A DNA stretch of 64,000 bases, taken from contig CAYXUD010000080.1 of NCBI GenBank assembly GCA_964467775.1, positions 1,586 through 65,585 on the forward strand, read 5' to 3'. The notes below the pieces were generated by a model. It searched no databases and was not told where the DNA came from. It was given only the letters and a program-made list of their open reading frames with translations. This stretch comes from an uncultured Bacteroides sp. GTDB lineage: Bacteria; Bacteroidota; Bacteroidia; Bacteroidales; GCA-2748055. How positions within the stretch are numbered: position 1 is the first letter of the stretch; every line of letters begins with the position of its first letter. Shown here piece by piece: positions 29,852 to 37,622 of the stretch. A program made the translations under genes and the position numbers.

Positions 29852-29954
29852 CCCGCTCGCGCATTCCCCGTAGCTTTGCTGCGGGGTAAGCGAGCACAAA
29901 TAAAATAATTTATGGATCGAAGATTCCTCGGAGCTTGCTCCGAGGAGCTTCAAT
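29852..29954 (+). mobile_element. repeat element, canonical unit C (second unit of the dimer; shares the junction 7-mer with unit V)
   Basis: 103 nt identical to 32951..33053. It follows GTCAAT of unit V directly, without its own left ATTGAAT. Confidence 0.85.
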
Positions 29955-32250
29955 GATACCATGCCACTTCTTTCCCATCCACATAAAAACGGATAATATG
30001 CGAATCGCCCATATTCGAAGTTGCTGTTCCGTTGTTGATAAGTGAAGCCATCAATATGACTTCTTCTCCATCCTTGGGAAAAGCAGGAATGGAACGAATA
30101 TTTTTCACTGAAAGGTCCGCTTTGCCTTCTGCCCCAGTCATGTTAAATCCAGCTTTCAGGGTCAGGTTGTCCGAAGACCCACCCACCCGCACAATGAATT
30201 CACCGGCCGGAACTTGGTAAGATCTCTTTACTTCATTGTATATGTACAACTCTTCGGGAGAAAGGGTGAATACAATCTTTTTAGTTTCACCCGGATGTAG
30301 AAAGACTTTCTCAAAACCACGTAATTGTTTTTCGGGCATCTGAAGATCAGGGGTAATTTTCCCGGTTGACAGATATAACTGCGCCACCTCTTCGCCGGCA
30401 ACTTTTCCTGTATTTTCGAGGTCGAATGAAACTTCAATGATTTCTCCCACCCTGGCGTCTGCCCTGTTCACCTCAATATTCGAATATTGAAAAGTGGTGT
30501 AACTCAATCCAAATCCAAAAGCAAATTCAGGTTCCAGATCTTGCGAATCGAACCAGCGATATCCTACGCCTCTGCTTACCATGTGACGAAAATCAGAACT
30601 AATGGGGATTATCTGCCCGTCATTTTTAGGAATCGTAGCCGGCAGTTTTCCCGAAGGGTTGTAATTGCCGAACAGAACATCGGCAATGGCACGCCCGCTT
30701 TCCTGTCCCGGATAGAACGCATAGAATAGTGCCTTCACATTGGTTATGACCTGGGTTACACTGCAGGGTCCTCCCGAAATCACTACCAGAATTATATTTG
30801 GATTTACCTTTGCTATTTCATTGATCAACTCATTCTGAATCCCGGGAAGAAGAACTGTCCCTGATTGCCTGTCAGGGCGGGTAACCAATCCACCTCCTTT
30901 CTGATCAGCCTCTTTGTCAAAGAAGTATCCCTCTCCTTCCACAGTACTGTCAAGCCCGGCCACAAAGATTACATATTCTGAATTTGCCGCAGCTTCCAGT
31001 GCTGCCCTGAATTGTGATTTATCCTGGTCATTGATGTTGCAACCTTTTGCATAGGATACATGCGTTTTGCCAAGTATGGATGTAACAGCCGTTTCAACGG
31101 ATATGCGATATGAGGGTAGTACCTGTGAACTGCTGCTCCCATCCAGTGGCAAATGTGCGGCATTGGGACCAATCACCGCTATCTGCGTCAGCTTTTCCTT
31201 ATCAAGAGGTAAAATGTTTCCATTGTTCTTCAGTAGCACAAGACTTATCAAACCACTCTCGTACACCAGTTTACGGTGTGCCTCGCAGTCGATCACACTT
31301 GTGGGAACCTCCGGTACACCATCTATCATCCCGGATATGATCTTTGTCCGAAGCACATTCCTTGTTGCTCTTTCAACCAGTGCGCTGTCGAACCTGCCCT
31401 CCCTCACTCCGACTGGCAGTTCATTGATATACAAATCGTTGCCTTCGCAGAAATCCAGTTCAGCACTCAGGGCTTTTCCTGTTTCACTGAAACCGCCCCA
31501 GTCGCACATGGTGTAATAGTCAAAACCCCATAGGTCGCGCAGCAGCTCTTTTATCAGGTACTTGTTTTCGGCACATTTATCGCCATTCACCCGGTTGTAG
31601 GCACACATGATTGAAAATGCTCCTCCAATCTGTATGGTTCTTTTCCAATGATATCCCCAGAATTCAACCAGGCTACGCTCATCGCTCAGGTAATTGTTGG
31701 TCCTTCTGTTCATTTCATAGGTGTTCAGATTATAGTGTTTCACAGAACCAAACACAGAAGTAGTATTTTGCCCGAGCACAAAGGCTTCAGAGATCCTGCC
31801 ACCCAAAAAAGGATCTTCCCCGATGGTCTCGGGAGCGCGGCCAGTACGCGGATCAATAAGTAGATCGAGTGTGGGTCCGGCAATACGGTCTCTGCCCCGT
31901 GAAGCCTGCTCCATGGAAATGGCCCTGCCCACCCGTGTGATCAGGGCAGGATCCCAGGTGGCCGCCATGGCGATGGTTACAGGAAAGCATGAGAATCCGT
32001 AGGCTCCGTTTCCTATACCGTGCGGGCCATCGCTCCCGGTAAATTGAGGAATTCCCAAACGTGGGGTTCCATCGGTGAGGTAATACAACTGTTCAATCTT
32101 CTCCTGCATGGTCATCCCGGACAGAAGGGTATCGAGCCTTTTTTCCAGTGCACTTTCAGTTTCAGTAGGCATCGAAGAACATTGAATTACCAGAAAACCC
32201 GACAATCCAATCAACGGGAAGAACAAAATGTGGGACACTATTTTTTTCAT
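29950..32250 (-). CDS. GH3 beta-glucosidase-type glycoside hydrolase, truncated in its C-terminal CARDB-like domain by the repeat dimer
   Basis: Signal MKKIVSHILFFPLIGLSGF (ATG 32250, overlapping the upstream stop as TAATG). GSDGPHGI, KHYNLN, MCDWGG and a Fn3-like domain are GH3 features. The ORF stops at a TGA formed inside the element terminus (..tat cat TGA agc). Confidence 0.85.
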   Translation of the reverse strand: MKKIVSHILFFPLIGLSGFLVIQCSSMPTETESALEKRLDTLLSGMTMQEKIEQLYYLTDGTPRLGIPQFTGSDGPHGIGNGAYGFSCFPVTIAMAATWDPALITRVGRAISMEQASRGRDRIAGPTLDLLIDPRTGRAPETIGEDPFLGGRISEAFVLGQNTTSVFGSVKHYNLNTYEMNRRTNNYLSDERSLVEFWGYHWKRTIQIGGAFSIMCAYNRVNGDKCAENKYLIKELLRDLWGFDYYTMCDWGGFSETGKALSAELDFCEGNDLYINELPVGVREGRFDSALVERATRNVLRTKIISGMIDGVPEVPTSVIDCEAHRKLVYESGLISLVLLKNNGNILPLDKEKLTQIAVIGPNAAHLPLDGSSSSQVLPSYRISVETAVTSILGKTHVSYAKGCNINDQDKSQFRAALEAAANSEYVIFVAGLDSTVEGEGYFFDKEADQKGGGLVTRPDRQSGTVLLPGIQNELINEIAKVNPNIILVVISGGPCSVTQVITNVKALFYAFYPGQESGRAIADVLFGNYNPSGKLPATIPKNDGQIIPISSDFRHMVSRGVGYRWFDSQDLEPEFAFGFGLSYTTFQYSNIEVNRADARVGEIIEVSFDLENTGKVAGEEVAQLYLSTGKITPDLQMPEKQLRGFEKVFLHPGETKKIVFTLSPEELYIYNEVKRSYQVPAGEFIVRVGGSSDNLTLKAGFNMTGAEGKADLSVKNIRSIPAFPKDGEEVILMASLINNGTATSNMGDSHIIRFYVDGKEVAWYH

Positions 32251-32996
32251 TACAGGCAGGTTACTCCGTATAGCATATAGCCGGTATCGTTCATGGCCGA
32301 TATCAAATCGATGGATCTGATTTCTACATCGGGCCTGGGATTTTCCCATGTATAACGGTATAATTTCAACACAAAACCCAGGTCTTTTACCCTGGGATTT
32401 GAACCCTCCCATGCCAGTTCAGCTCTGGGTGGAAATACTGAATTCTTCGGATGGAACCACCAATCTTCAACCTCGATCCGGCTTCTGATGGTGATGGTTT
32501 TTTTCCGGTTATCTGCATAATTGACCACAATGCGGACAACTTCTGTCCCTGTTTCACTCTCCCAGGCTGATGAATGCAAGAAGCATAATTCATCAGCCAT
32601 GTGATGAACAGGTATGCCGGAAATTTCCTTCGGATAATTGATGTGGGACATTTCGAGGGAAACCTTGCTGGCCAGCTGGATAATGCCACGGGCATCGAAA
32701 TTCACACCGTTAAAATCATTGATTCCAGAAGGAATGGGTATGGTATTGCCTGGTTTGCCATGAATCTCTTCACTCAAAGAAAAATTATAATAAGGCTCCA
32801 GATCAACATATCTGCCATCGTCAGGGAATTGCCGCGGGACAATGGCGCGCAATGGTTTTGTTCTTATTTGCATCATTTCTTTTTTTGATTGGACCGGAGG
32901 CAACTCCTTATCGAAATCGTCGCTGGTATAGGTTATTTTAGTAATTGAATCCCGCTCGCGCATTCCCCGTAGCTTTGCTGCGGGGTAAGCGAGCAC
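32250..32996 (-). CDS. C-terminal accessory domain of the interrupted GH-A hydrolase (unassigned beta-rich domain); first 17 codons are element-encoded
   Basis: MLAYPAAKLRGMRERD is element-derived. The host part is SITKITYTSDDFDKELPP...VNFDARGIIQLAS...LCFLHSSAW...VNYADNRKKTITIRSRIEVEDWWF...WENPRPDVEIRSIDLIS. The frame joins 33049..33957 if 103 nt are removed. Confidence 0.6.
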   Translation of the reverse strand: MLAYPAAKLRGMRERDSITKITYTSDDFDKELPPVQSKKEMMQIRTKPLRAIVPRQFPDDGRYVDLEPYYNFSLSEEIHGKPGNTIPIPSGINDFNGVNFDARGIIQLASKVSLEMSHINYPKEISGIPVHHMADELCFLHSSAWESETGTEVVRIVVNYADNRKKTITIRSRIEVEDWWFHPKNSVFPPRAELAWEGSNPRVKDLGFVLKLYRYTWENPRPDVEIRSIDLISAMNDTGYMLYGVTCL

Positions 32997-33053
32997 AAAT
33001 AAAATAATTTATGGATCGAAGATTCCTCGGAGCTTGCTCCGAGGAGCTTCAAT
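32944..33053 (+). mobile_element. 110-bp repeat element, copy in the GH-A gene
   Basis: 109/110 identical to 3098..3207. Hairpins at 32965..32985 and 33025..33044. Termini ATTGAA...TTCAAT. Confidence 0.85.
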
Positions 33054-33957
33054 CTCCCGTGAAAATAAGTACCTGTGTGGTACGTGGCCCAATGATGTCG
33101 TGGTATACCTCATCGCGCTGCCCCTGAACCACAAAAATTAATCCAGGTCCGCTTTCGCCCGCATCATCCAGATATAAAGTATATTCCCCGGGATCGCCAA
33201 AGCCCCTGTTCATCATCATGACGCTGAGTCGGTCGCCATCCTGTGCGCCATAAACCAGGAAATCATCATTGGAAACTGTCCCCTTCAGGAAGGTGCCTGT
33301 AAAATATTTTGCCACAAACTCCATGTGCCGGTATGATGCCCTGGGGGTCATGTGGGCTCCGTCGATCAGGCTGAAATCGGATTCTTTGCGGTCGCCTCCA
33401 TGTTCAAACATGCTCCAGCAGGCGGCATAGGCAGCTTCGTACTCCATGCACCAGCCCAGTACCGCCCCGAACATTTGTCCGTTCCCCCACGTGTGCACCT
33501 TGGGGCCTCCCTTGGAGTTGTACTCTCCAATTCCCCAGATCAGCGCATCAGCGCCGGTACGATTGTGCAATGCATTCACCTGGTCTGTTTTAGCTTTTGA
33601 TTTCACGATGCGTTCCAGGAAATCGTTGGCTCCTTCAATGGCCGGGTCGCCGTCACCCTGGGGATAACGGTGCCAAGACAGACCGTCGCAATAATAATAA
33701 TCTTTGTCCGGGACTTTGATCGCGATATCGTTTTTCCCTCCAAACAGGTCATCGAAAGGCACATCGAAATAATCGCAGAAATCGGGACCATAAATCTTTA
33801 TGGTGGGATCCACCGCCTTCATGGCGGCAGCAATGGGTTTGAAATAGCCTTCGACAAACTCCCCCATGGTTGAAAGGGGCGGACGGTTGGCCTGCAACCA
33901 GGGTTCGTTACCAATGTTCCAGTATTTAACCGGCGATACACCCTCATGTTTCTCCAC
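33049..33957 (-). CDS. clan GH-A (TIM-barrel) glycoside hydrolase, central fragment (family not assigned)
   Basis: VKYWNIGNEPW (NEP acid/base motif). Paralogous along its length to 34298..35620. It stops at the TGA in the element terminus (gga gat TGA). The apparent GTG start follows a frameshift. Confidence 0.75.
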   Translation of the reverse strand: MEKHEGVSPVKYWNIGNEPWLQANRPPLSTMGEFVEGYFKPIAAAMKAVDPTIKIYGPDFCDYFDVPFDDLFGGKNDIAIKVPDKDYYYCDGLSWHRYPQGDGDPAIEGANDFLERIVKSKAKTDQVNALHNRTGADALIWGIGEYNSKGGPKVHTWGNGQMFGAVLGWCMEYEAAYAACWSMFEHGGDRKESDFSLIDGAHMTPRASYRHMEFVAKYFTGTFLKGTVSNDDFLVYGAQDGDRLSVMMMNRGFGDPGEYTLYLDDAGESGPGLIFVVQGQRDEVYHDIIGPRTTQVLIFTGD

Positions 33958-34301
33958 GTTAAAAACCGGACCAGTTCGGCGACAGCTTCAGCAGGTTGGT
34001 ATTGGGAAACCTGCAGAATGGGTACAGCTCCTACAGCCTGGATTTTTTGAACCCAATCCAACAGTGTTTCCTTCGATGGCAGGTTCTTGTCATACGCATG
34101 GCCTCCAATCCGGATGGTTTTCATTCCGCACTCCATGGTAAGGTTCCATGCCTGCTCGCCCGGATCATTGTACCATACATTGGTGCCAACCAGCAGTGGG
34201 CTGATCTGTTGCGCAATGGAATCAGTGGCAAGGAAAATAAATATCCCGGCTATGAGTTTAGAAGCACAGGTTTTCATGATGGATTGTATTGAAGATTTCA
34301 T
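33819..34301 (-). CDS. N-terminal fragment of the same GH-A hydrolase (signal peptide plus first ~113 codons real, remainder out of frame)
   Basis: MKSSIQSIMKTCASKLIAGIFIFLATDSIAQQISPLLVGTNVW...IRIGGHAYD...ILQVSQYQPAEAVAELV parallels QEISPWLFGQNHW...VRIGGNGYE...ILQVPRKFSAEEVTGLV of the paralog. Frame is lost at the A5/T5 run 33961..33965. The start overlaps the upstream stop (ATGA). Confidence 0.7.
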   Translation of the reverse strand: MKSSIQSIMKTCASKLIAGIFIFLATDSIAQQISPLLVGTNVWYNDPGEQAWNLTMECGMKTIRIGGHAYDKNLPSKETLLDWVQKIQAVGAVPILQVSQYQPAEAVAELVRFLTWRNMRVYRRLNTGTLVTNPGCRPTVRPFQPWGSLSKAISNPLLPP

Positions 34302-35620
34302 TGTATATCAGGTGGCAGGTTCTTCAGATTGTGGATTAATCCATACGTGTATTGCTTCAGAATTTCTCCTGTTTCCGATAATACAAACATCAGGGTGGTC
34401 TGCCCGGGAATGGTACCACTGATCATCTTATCAAGGCCGGCATCGGCATGGATGATCAAGGGTTTGGGGGACATGCCATCTTTGTTCAGTATAAGATCGA
34501 ATTCAAAATCTTTTTCCCTGTCCCGGTTTAATATCATCACGACAATTTCATCATCGCTTGCCGTGGCGATGGACCTGACATAGGAGTTGCTGGTTGCAGA
34601 AGGCAGGAAGTTGCCTTTCATATGTGAAGCCATCATCTGCGTGTGGTAAAAGCTGGATCGCGGATAGAATTCGGAGGGCAGGCCAAGAAATCCAAAATCG
34701 GTACGAACTCTGTCTGTTTCACTGAGGCACCATGGATTCACTGTAAAGGCTCCGTATTCAAGACCAATGCCATACATCTCAGCGATGAATTGTCCGCCGA
34801 GAAACGAAGGATTTCCAATACCCGAGATCTCCCTGTCGGGATTGATGTAGGTCACATTCACTTCGGTAAGTCCCCAGAGCAATTCTGCATCTCCCGTACG
34901 ACCATGTTTCCTGTTTGCCTCCTCCATCATTTCTGTCAGTTGTATGACCTGTCTACGGATGCTGAAAGGGCCCGAGAAAACCACATCATCGCGATCGAAA
35001 TCCCTGCCATTGGGATAGTTATGAAAGGTGAATCCATCAATGATCCAGTTCCCCTTTTCATCCTTGCCCGTGATATCTAGTCTTCCTCCGCACAGCGCCT
35101 CATATGCCTCTTTATATAACGTACAGGCGTCAAACACAAATATTTTGATCGTCGGATCAGCTGCTTTCATGGCAGGGGCAAGTCTGATCAGGTAGGTGTA
35201 CACTTCATCTATTTTTCCCTTGTTGTTGCAGATGGGTTCATTGCCGATGGACCAGAACTGAACAGGTTCCCTTTCAGGGTTATGGTTTAATAAATTCACC
35301 AAGCCGGTCACCTCTTCTGCTGAAAACTTGCGGGGTACCTGCAAAATCGGCTCTGCACCAATTCCGCGGATGGAGTCAATCATTCCAATCAGTGTGTGAT
35401 TGTCAGGAAAGCGATGTTCATACCCGTTTCCCCCGATGCGCACCATCCTGATGCCGCTCTGCCCTACTTTTGGCCAGAGCATGGATAGATATCCAGGGCG
35501 TTCACCCTCATCCCGGGTGTCCATCCAGTGGTTCTGCCCGAAAAGCCACGGACTGATTTCCTGCCCATTCACTCCTGAAGCGAATGCCGCAAGCACTAAA
35601 ATTAATCTTAGGAATTTCAT
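34298..35620 (-). CDS. clan GH-A (TIM-barrel) glycoside hydrolase, intact paralog
   Basis: 440 aa with a signal peptide. FWSIGNEP acid/base motif and GLTEVN candidate nucleophile strand. Confidence 0.7.
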   Translation of the reverse strand: MKFLRLILVLAAFASGVNGQEISPWLFGQNHWMDTRDEGERPGYLSMLWPKVGQSGIRMVRIGGNGYEHRFPDNHTLIGMIDSIRGIGAEPILQVPRKFSAEEVTGLVNLLNHNPEREPVQFWSIGNEPICNNKGKIDEVYTYLIRLAPAMKAADPTIKIFVFDACTLYKEAYEALCGGRLDITGKDEKGNWIIDGFTFHNYPNGRDFDRDDVVFSGPFSIRRQVIQLTEMMEEANRKHGRTGDAELLWGLTEVNVTYINPDREISGIGNPSFLGGQFIAEMYGIGLEYGAFTVNPWCLSETDRVRTDFGFLGLPSEFYPRSSFYHTQMMASHMKGNFLPSATSNSYVRSIATASDDEIVVMILNRDREKDFEFDLILNKDGMSPKPLIIHADAGLDKMISGTIPGQTTLMFVLSETGEILKQYTYGLIHNLKNLPPDIQ

Positions 35621-35622
35621 AG

Positions 35623-37515
35623 TTAGTTTCGTATAATTTTCATGGACTCAACCAGGGAAAACTCCGGAGCAGTGAGCTGCACAAAGTAGATACCGGATCT
35701 CATCACGGGCTTTGAACGGTCAACCATACTGAAATAGAGGGTGTACCTCCCTAAGGTCAGTTCACCTGAAAAAAGTGTATCAATGTACCTGCCGGCCATA
35801 TCGTATATCTTAATATACACCTCCATGGGGGATGGTACATTTACCATTAAAGAAAAATCCTCGGTAAATGGAACTGGGGCTACCTCCCAGCTGATCATTC
35901 CTTTGCCTGGAAGTGGCTGGATTCCCGTAATGGTGGGATCTGACAGCTGATGGACACCCACATCCAGGGATTCAGGGTTTACCGGATTGCCCCAGAAATC
36001 GGTCATTTCACCGTCAAACCAGTAGTTGCCTTTCATCTGGGAGAGGGGCAATCCTGCATGAAGGCAAGTACTGCCAGGGCTGAGAAGGTACCCATCCAGG
36101 GAAGAGATCTCCTCCTCCCCGCTGCCTGGATCAACCAGGCCGGGATCTCCTTCCACGGGATTCTGGTTCACAGATGCAGCTGAGGATGGGTAACCCACCG
36201 GGCAATTGTGACTGAATCCAGCGGTCTGTCCATCAGAGCGGATCACCAGTGCCCCTCCTCCTTTATTGATGACAATATTATTATAGAGCTTTGCCGTTCC
36301 CAGTGCTTCATTCACCAGGACCGCCTCGATACCCTCGCCGATGTAAAAAATATTGTTATGGATGATCCCTGAACCTCGCGGTGAGACCCACCTGGAAAAA
36401 TCAAGTATATGTTTTTCCTTTGCTCCGTCGTTCTGGCTGATATTGTAGCGCACGATCGCGTCCTGACTGGAACCGTAGACCAGCATAAAGCCCCCTTCAT
36501 TGCTGCGGGAATAAATATACTGCACCAGGGTATGGTAAGCCTCCAGGTCGGCATCGAAGGCCTGGCCATCCATGCTTCCGCGGGTATCAAAAACCCGGTT
36601 ATGCCGGATAACCGCTTCATCGGTGCTTTTTACCCATATAATCACGCCATACTCAACCAGTTCTTCGGCGGCATTGTGGTCTTCAACGGCTACATTATAT
36701 TCGATAAGTGGTTTGTGGGCATAACGGATGATCATCCCGTCACCGGCACACCTGCTCACCGTATTGTTCCTGATCACCAGGTTGGTAATGGGCCGTTCTC
36801 CCCTTGTTCCCTTATTGCCGTTGGTGAAAATCCCCACCCTCACAATATCCGTGGTCTCGCAGTTCTCTGTCAGGATATTATCAAACCGTGTATTATTATC
36901 CCCGATGATCCCTATCCCCCCTGTATTCTTGCCGATCATCTCGAAACTGTAACGGCCGAAAATATCGTGCATAAGGAGACTCTCCAGGTGAAAATGGCCG
37001 TGGCTGCCTCCATTTGCTGTGATCAACACACCCAGCCGGCTTGCCTGTCCGGATGCAGGACTGGTGATCTCCAGGTTGGAGAGGCACCAGTGACTGATAT
37101 CTTCCAAAGTGATCACAGCTCCCACGGCGCCATTCCCATCGATCTTTGGCCTCGGTCCCTCACCGTAACTGCTCAGGGTAATGGGGTATTTTTCTGTGCC
37201 CGAACCATTAAGGACCAGCTGTCCTTCCCAGCTTTCACCCGCTCTCAGCAGTACCGAATCCCCCGGGTTAAAGATGATCTCATTCAGCCGATCAAGCGAT
37301 TGCCAGGGGGTCTCTCTGGAATTCACAGGATGACTGTCCCTCCCTCCCATGGCATCGAAGAAGTAAGCAAAGCCTGCAGGTGCACTGATAGAAGTACAGC
37401 AAACCGCCGAATATAAACTTCCAACGAATGATCCCTTCGGGAAACCGGAATGGGCCAGAAGGATGAAAAGAAAGATGGGAGGAAAAACCCACTTTTTGGA
37501 TTTCGGCAATTTCAA
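35623..37515 (-). CDS. right-handed parallel beta-helix protein (pectate-lyase-fold) with T9SS C-terminal sorting domain
   Basis: 630 aa with repeated hydrophobic-N-N-x turns (IRNNTV, YNISQND, IHNNIFY, LYNNIVIN). C-terminal CTD ...VYIKIYDMAGRYIDTLFSGELTLGRYTLYF...GIYFVQL. Confidence 0.7.
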   Translation of the reverse strand: MKLPKSKKWVFPPIFLFILLAHSGFPKGSFVGSLYSAVCCTSISAPAGFAYFFDAMGGRDSHPVNSRETPWQSLDRLNEIIFNPGDSVLLRAGESWEGQLVLNGSGTEKYPITLSSYGEGPRPKIDGNGAVGAVITLEDISHWCLSNLEITSPASGQASRLGVLITANGGSHGHFHLESLLMHDIFGRYSFEMIGKNTGGIGIIGDNNTRFDNILTENCETTDIVRVGIFTNGNKGTRGERPITNLVIRNNTVSRCAGDGMIIRYAHKPLIEYNVAVEDHNAAEELVEYGVIIWVKSTDEAVIRHNRVFDTRGSMDGQAFDADLEAYHTLVQYIYSRSNEGGFMLVYGSSQDAIVRYNISQNDGAKEKHILDFSRWVSPRGSGIIHNNIFYIGEGIEAVLVNEALGTAKLYNNIVINKGGGALVIRSDGQTAGFSHNCPVGYPSSAASVNQNPVEGDPGLVDPGSGEEEISSLDGYLLSPGSTCLHAGLPLSQMKGNYWFDGEMTDFWGNPVNPESLDVGVHQLSDPTITGIQPLPGKGMISWEVAPVPFTEDFSLMVNVPSPMEVYIKIYDMAGRYIDTLFSGELTLGRYTLYFSMVDRSKPVMRSGIYFVQLTAPEFSLVESMKIIRN

Positions 37516-37622
37516 CTCTGAATATGCTTGATTATTGATTAAAACTAGCTAAAAGAATCGAAGAAATCAATGCTTGATAACCAGCCAGAGATTGCCTGAA
37601 TACATGGTAATTTATGAATCAG

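Noticed and set aside
29742-29954. The tandem repeat could be a tiny CRISPR array.
   Set aside because: There are only two units and they abut directly with no spacer. The unit length is about 103-110 nt, and the same unit occurs singly inside two other genes. No cas genes are in the window.
32251-32412. The 54-codon N-terminal extension of the GH3 ORF in the track (start at 32412).
   Set aside because: The extension overlaps the upstream gene's coding region and lacks signal-peptide character. ATG 32250 gives a typical signal peptide (MKKIVSHILFFPLIGLSGF) and a TAATG stop/start overlap.
33049-33054. Programmed translational bypass (T4 gene 60 style), suggested by the GAU-UGA-hairpin at take-off and an in-frame GAU at the element exit.
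   Set aside because: Only the GH-A site has matching take-off and landing codons. The GH3 site has CAU versus AAU, and the GH78 site has no stop at entry. A 103-206 nt gap is far longer than known bypasses. Kept only as a low-probability alternative to be excluded by proteomics.
36409-37416. Long ORFs antisense to confidently called genes in the GC-rich half. Examples: 36409..37416 (335 aa), 59395..60270 (291 aa), 56996..57856 (286 aa), 53004..53870 (288 aa), 24950..25738 (262 aa), 55019..55669 (216 aa), 38562..39182 (206 aa).
   Set aside because: Each lies opposite a gene with clear family motifs (beta-helix/T9SS, FKP, DUF1080, SDR/FKBP, RND adaptor, MATE, DUF1846). Their translations are low-complexity and rich in Arg, Pro and Gly, as expected of shadow ORFs in high-GC coding DNA.
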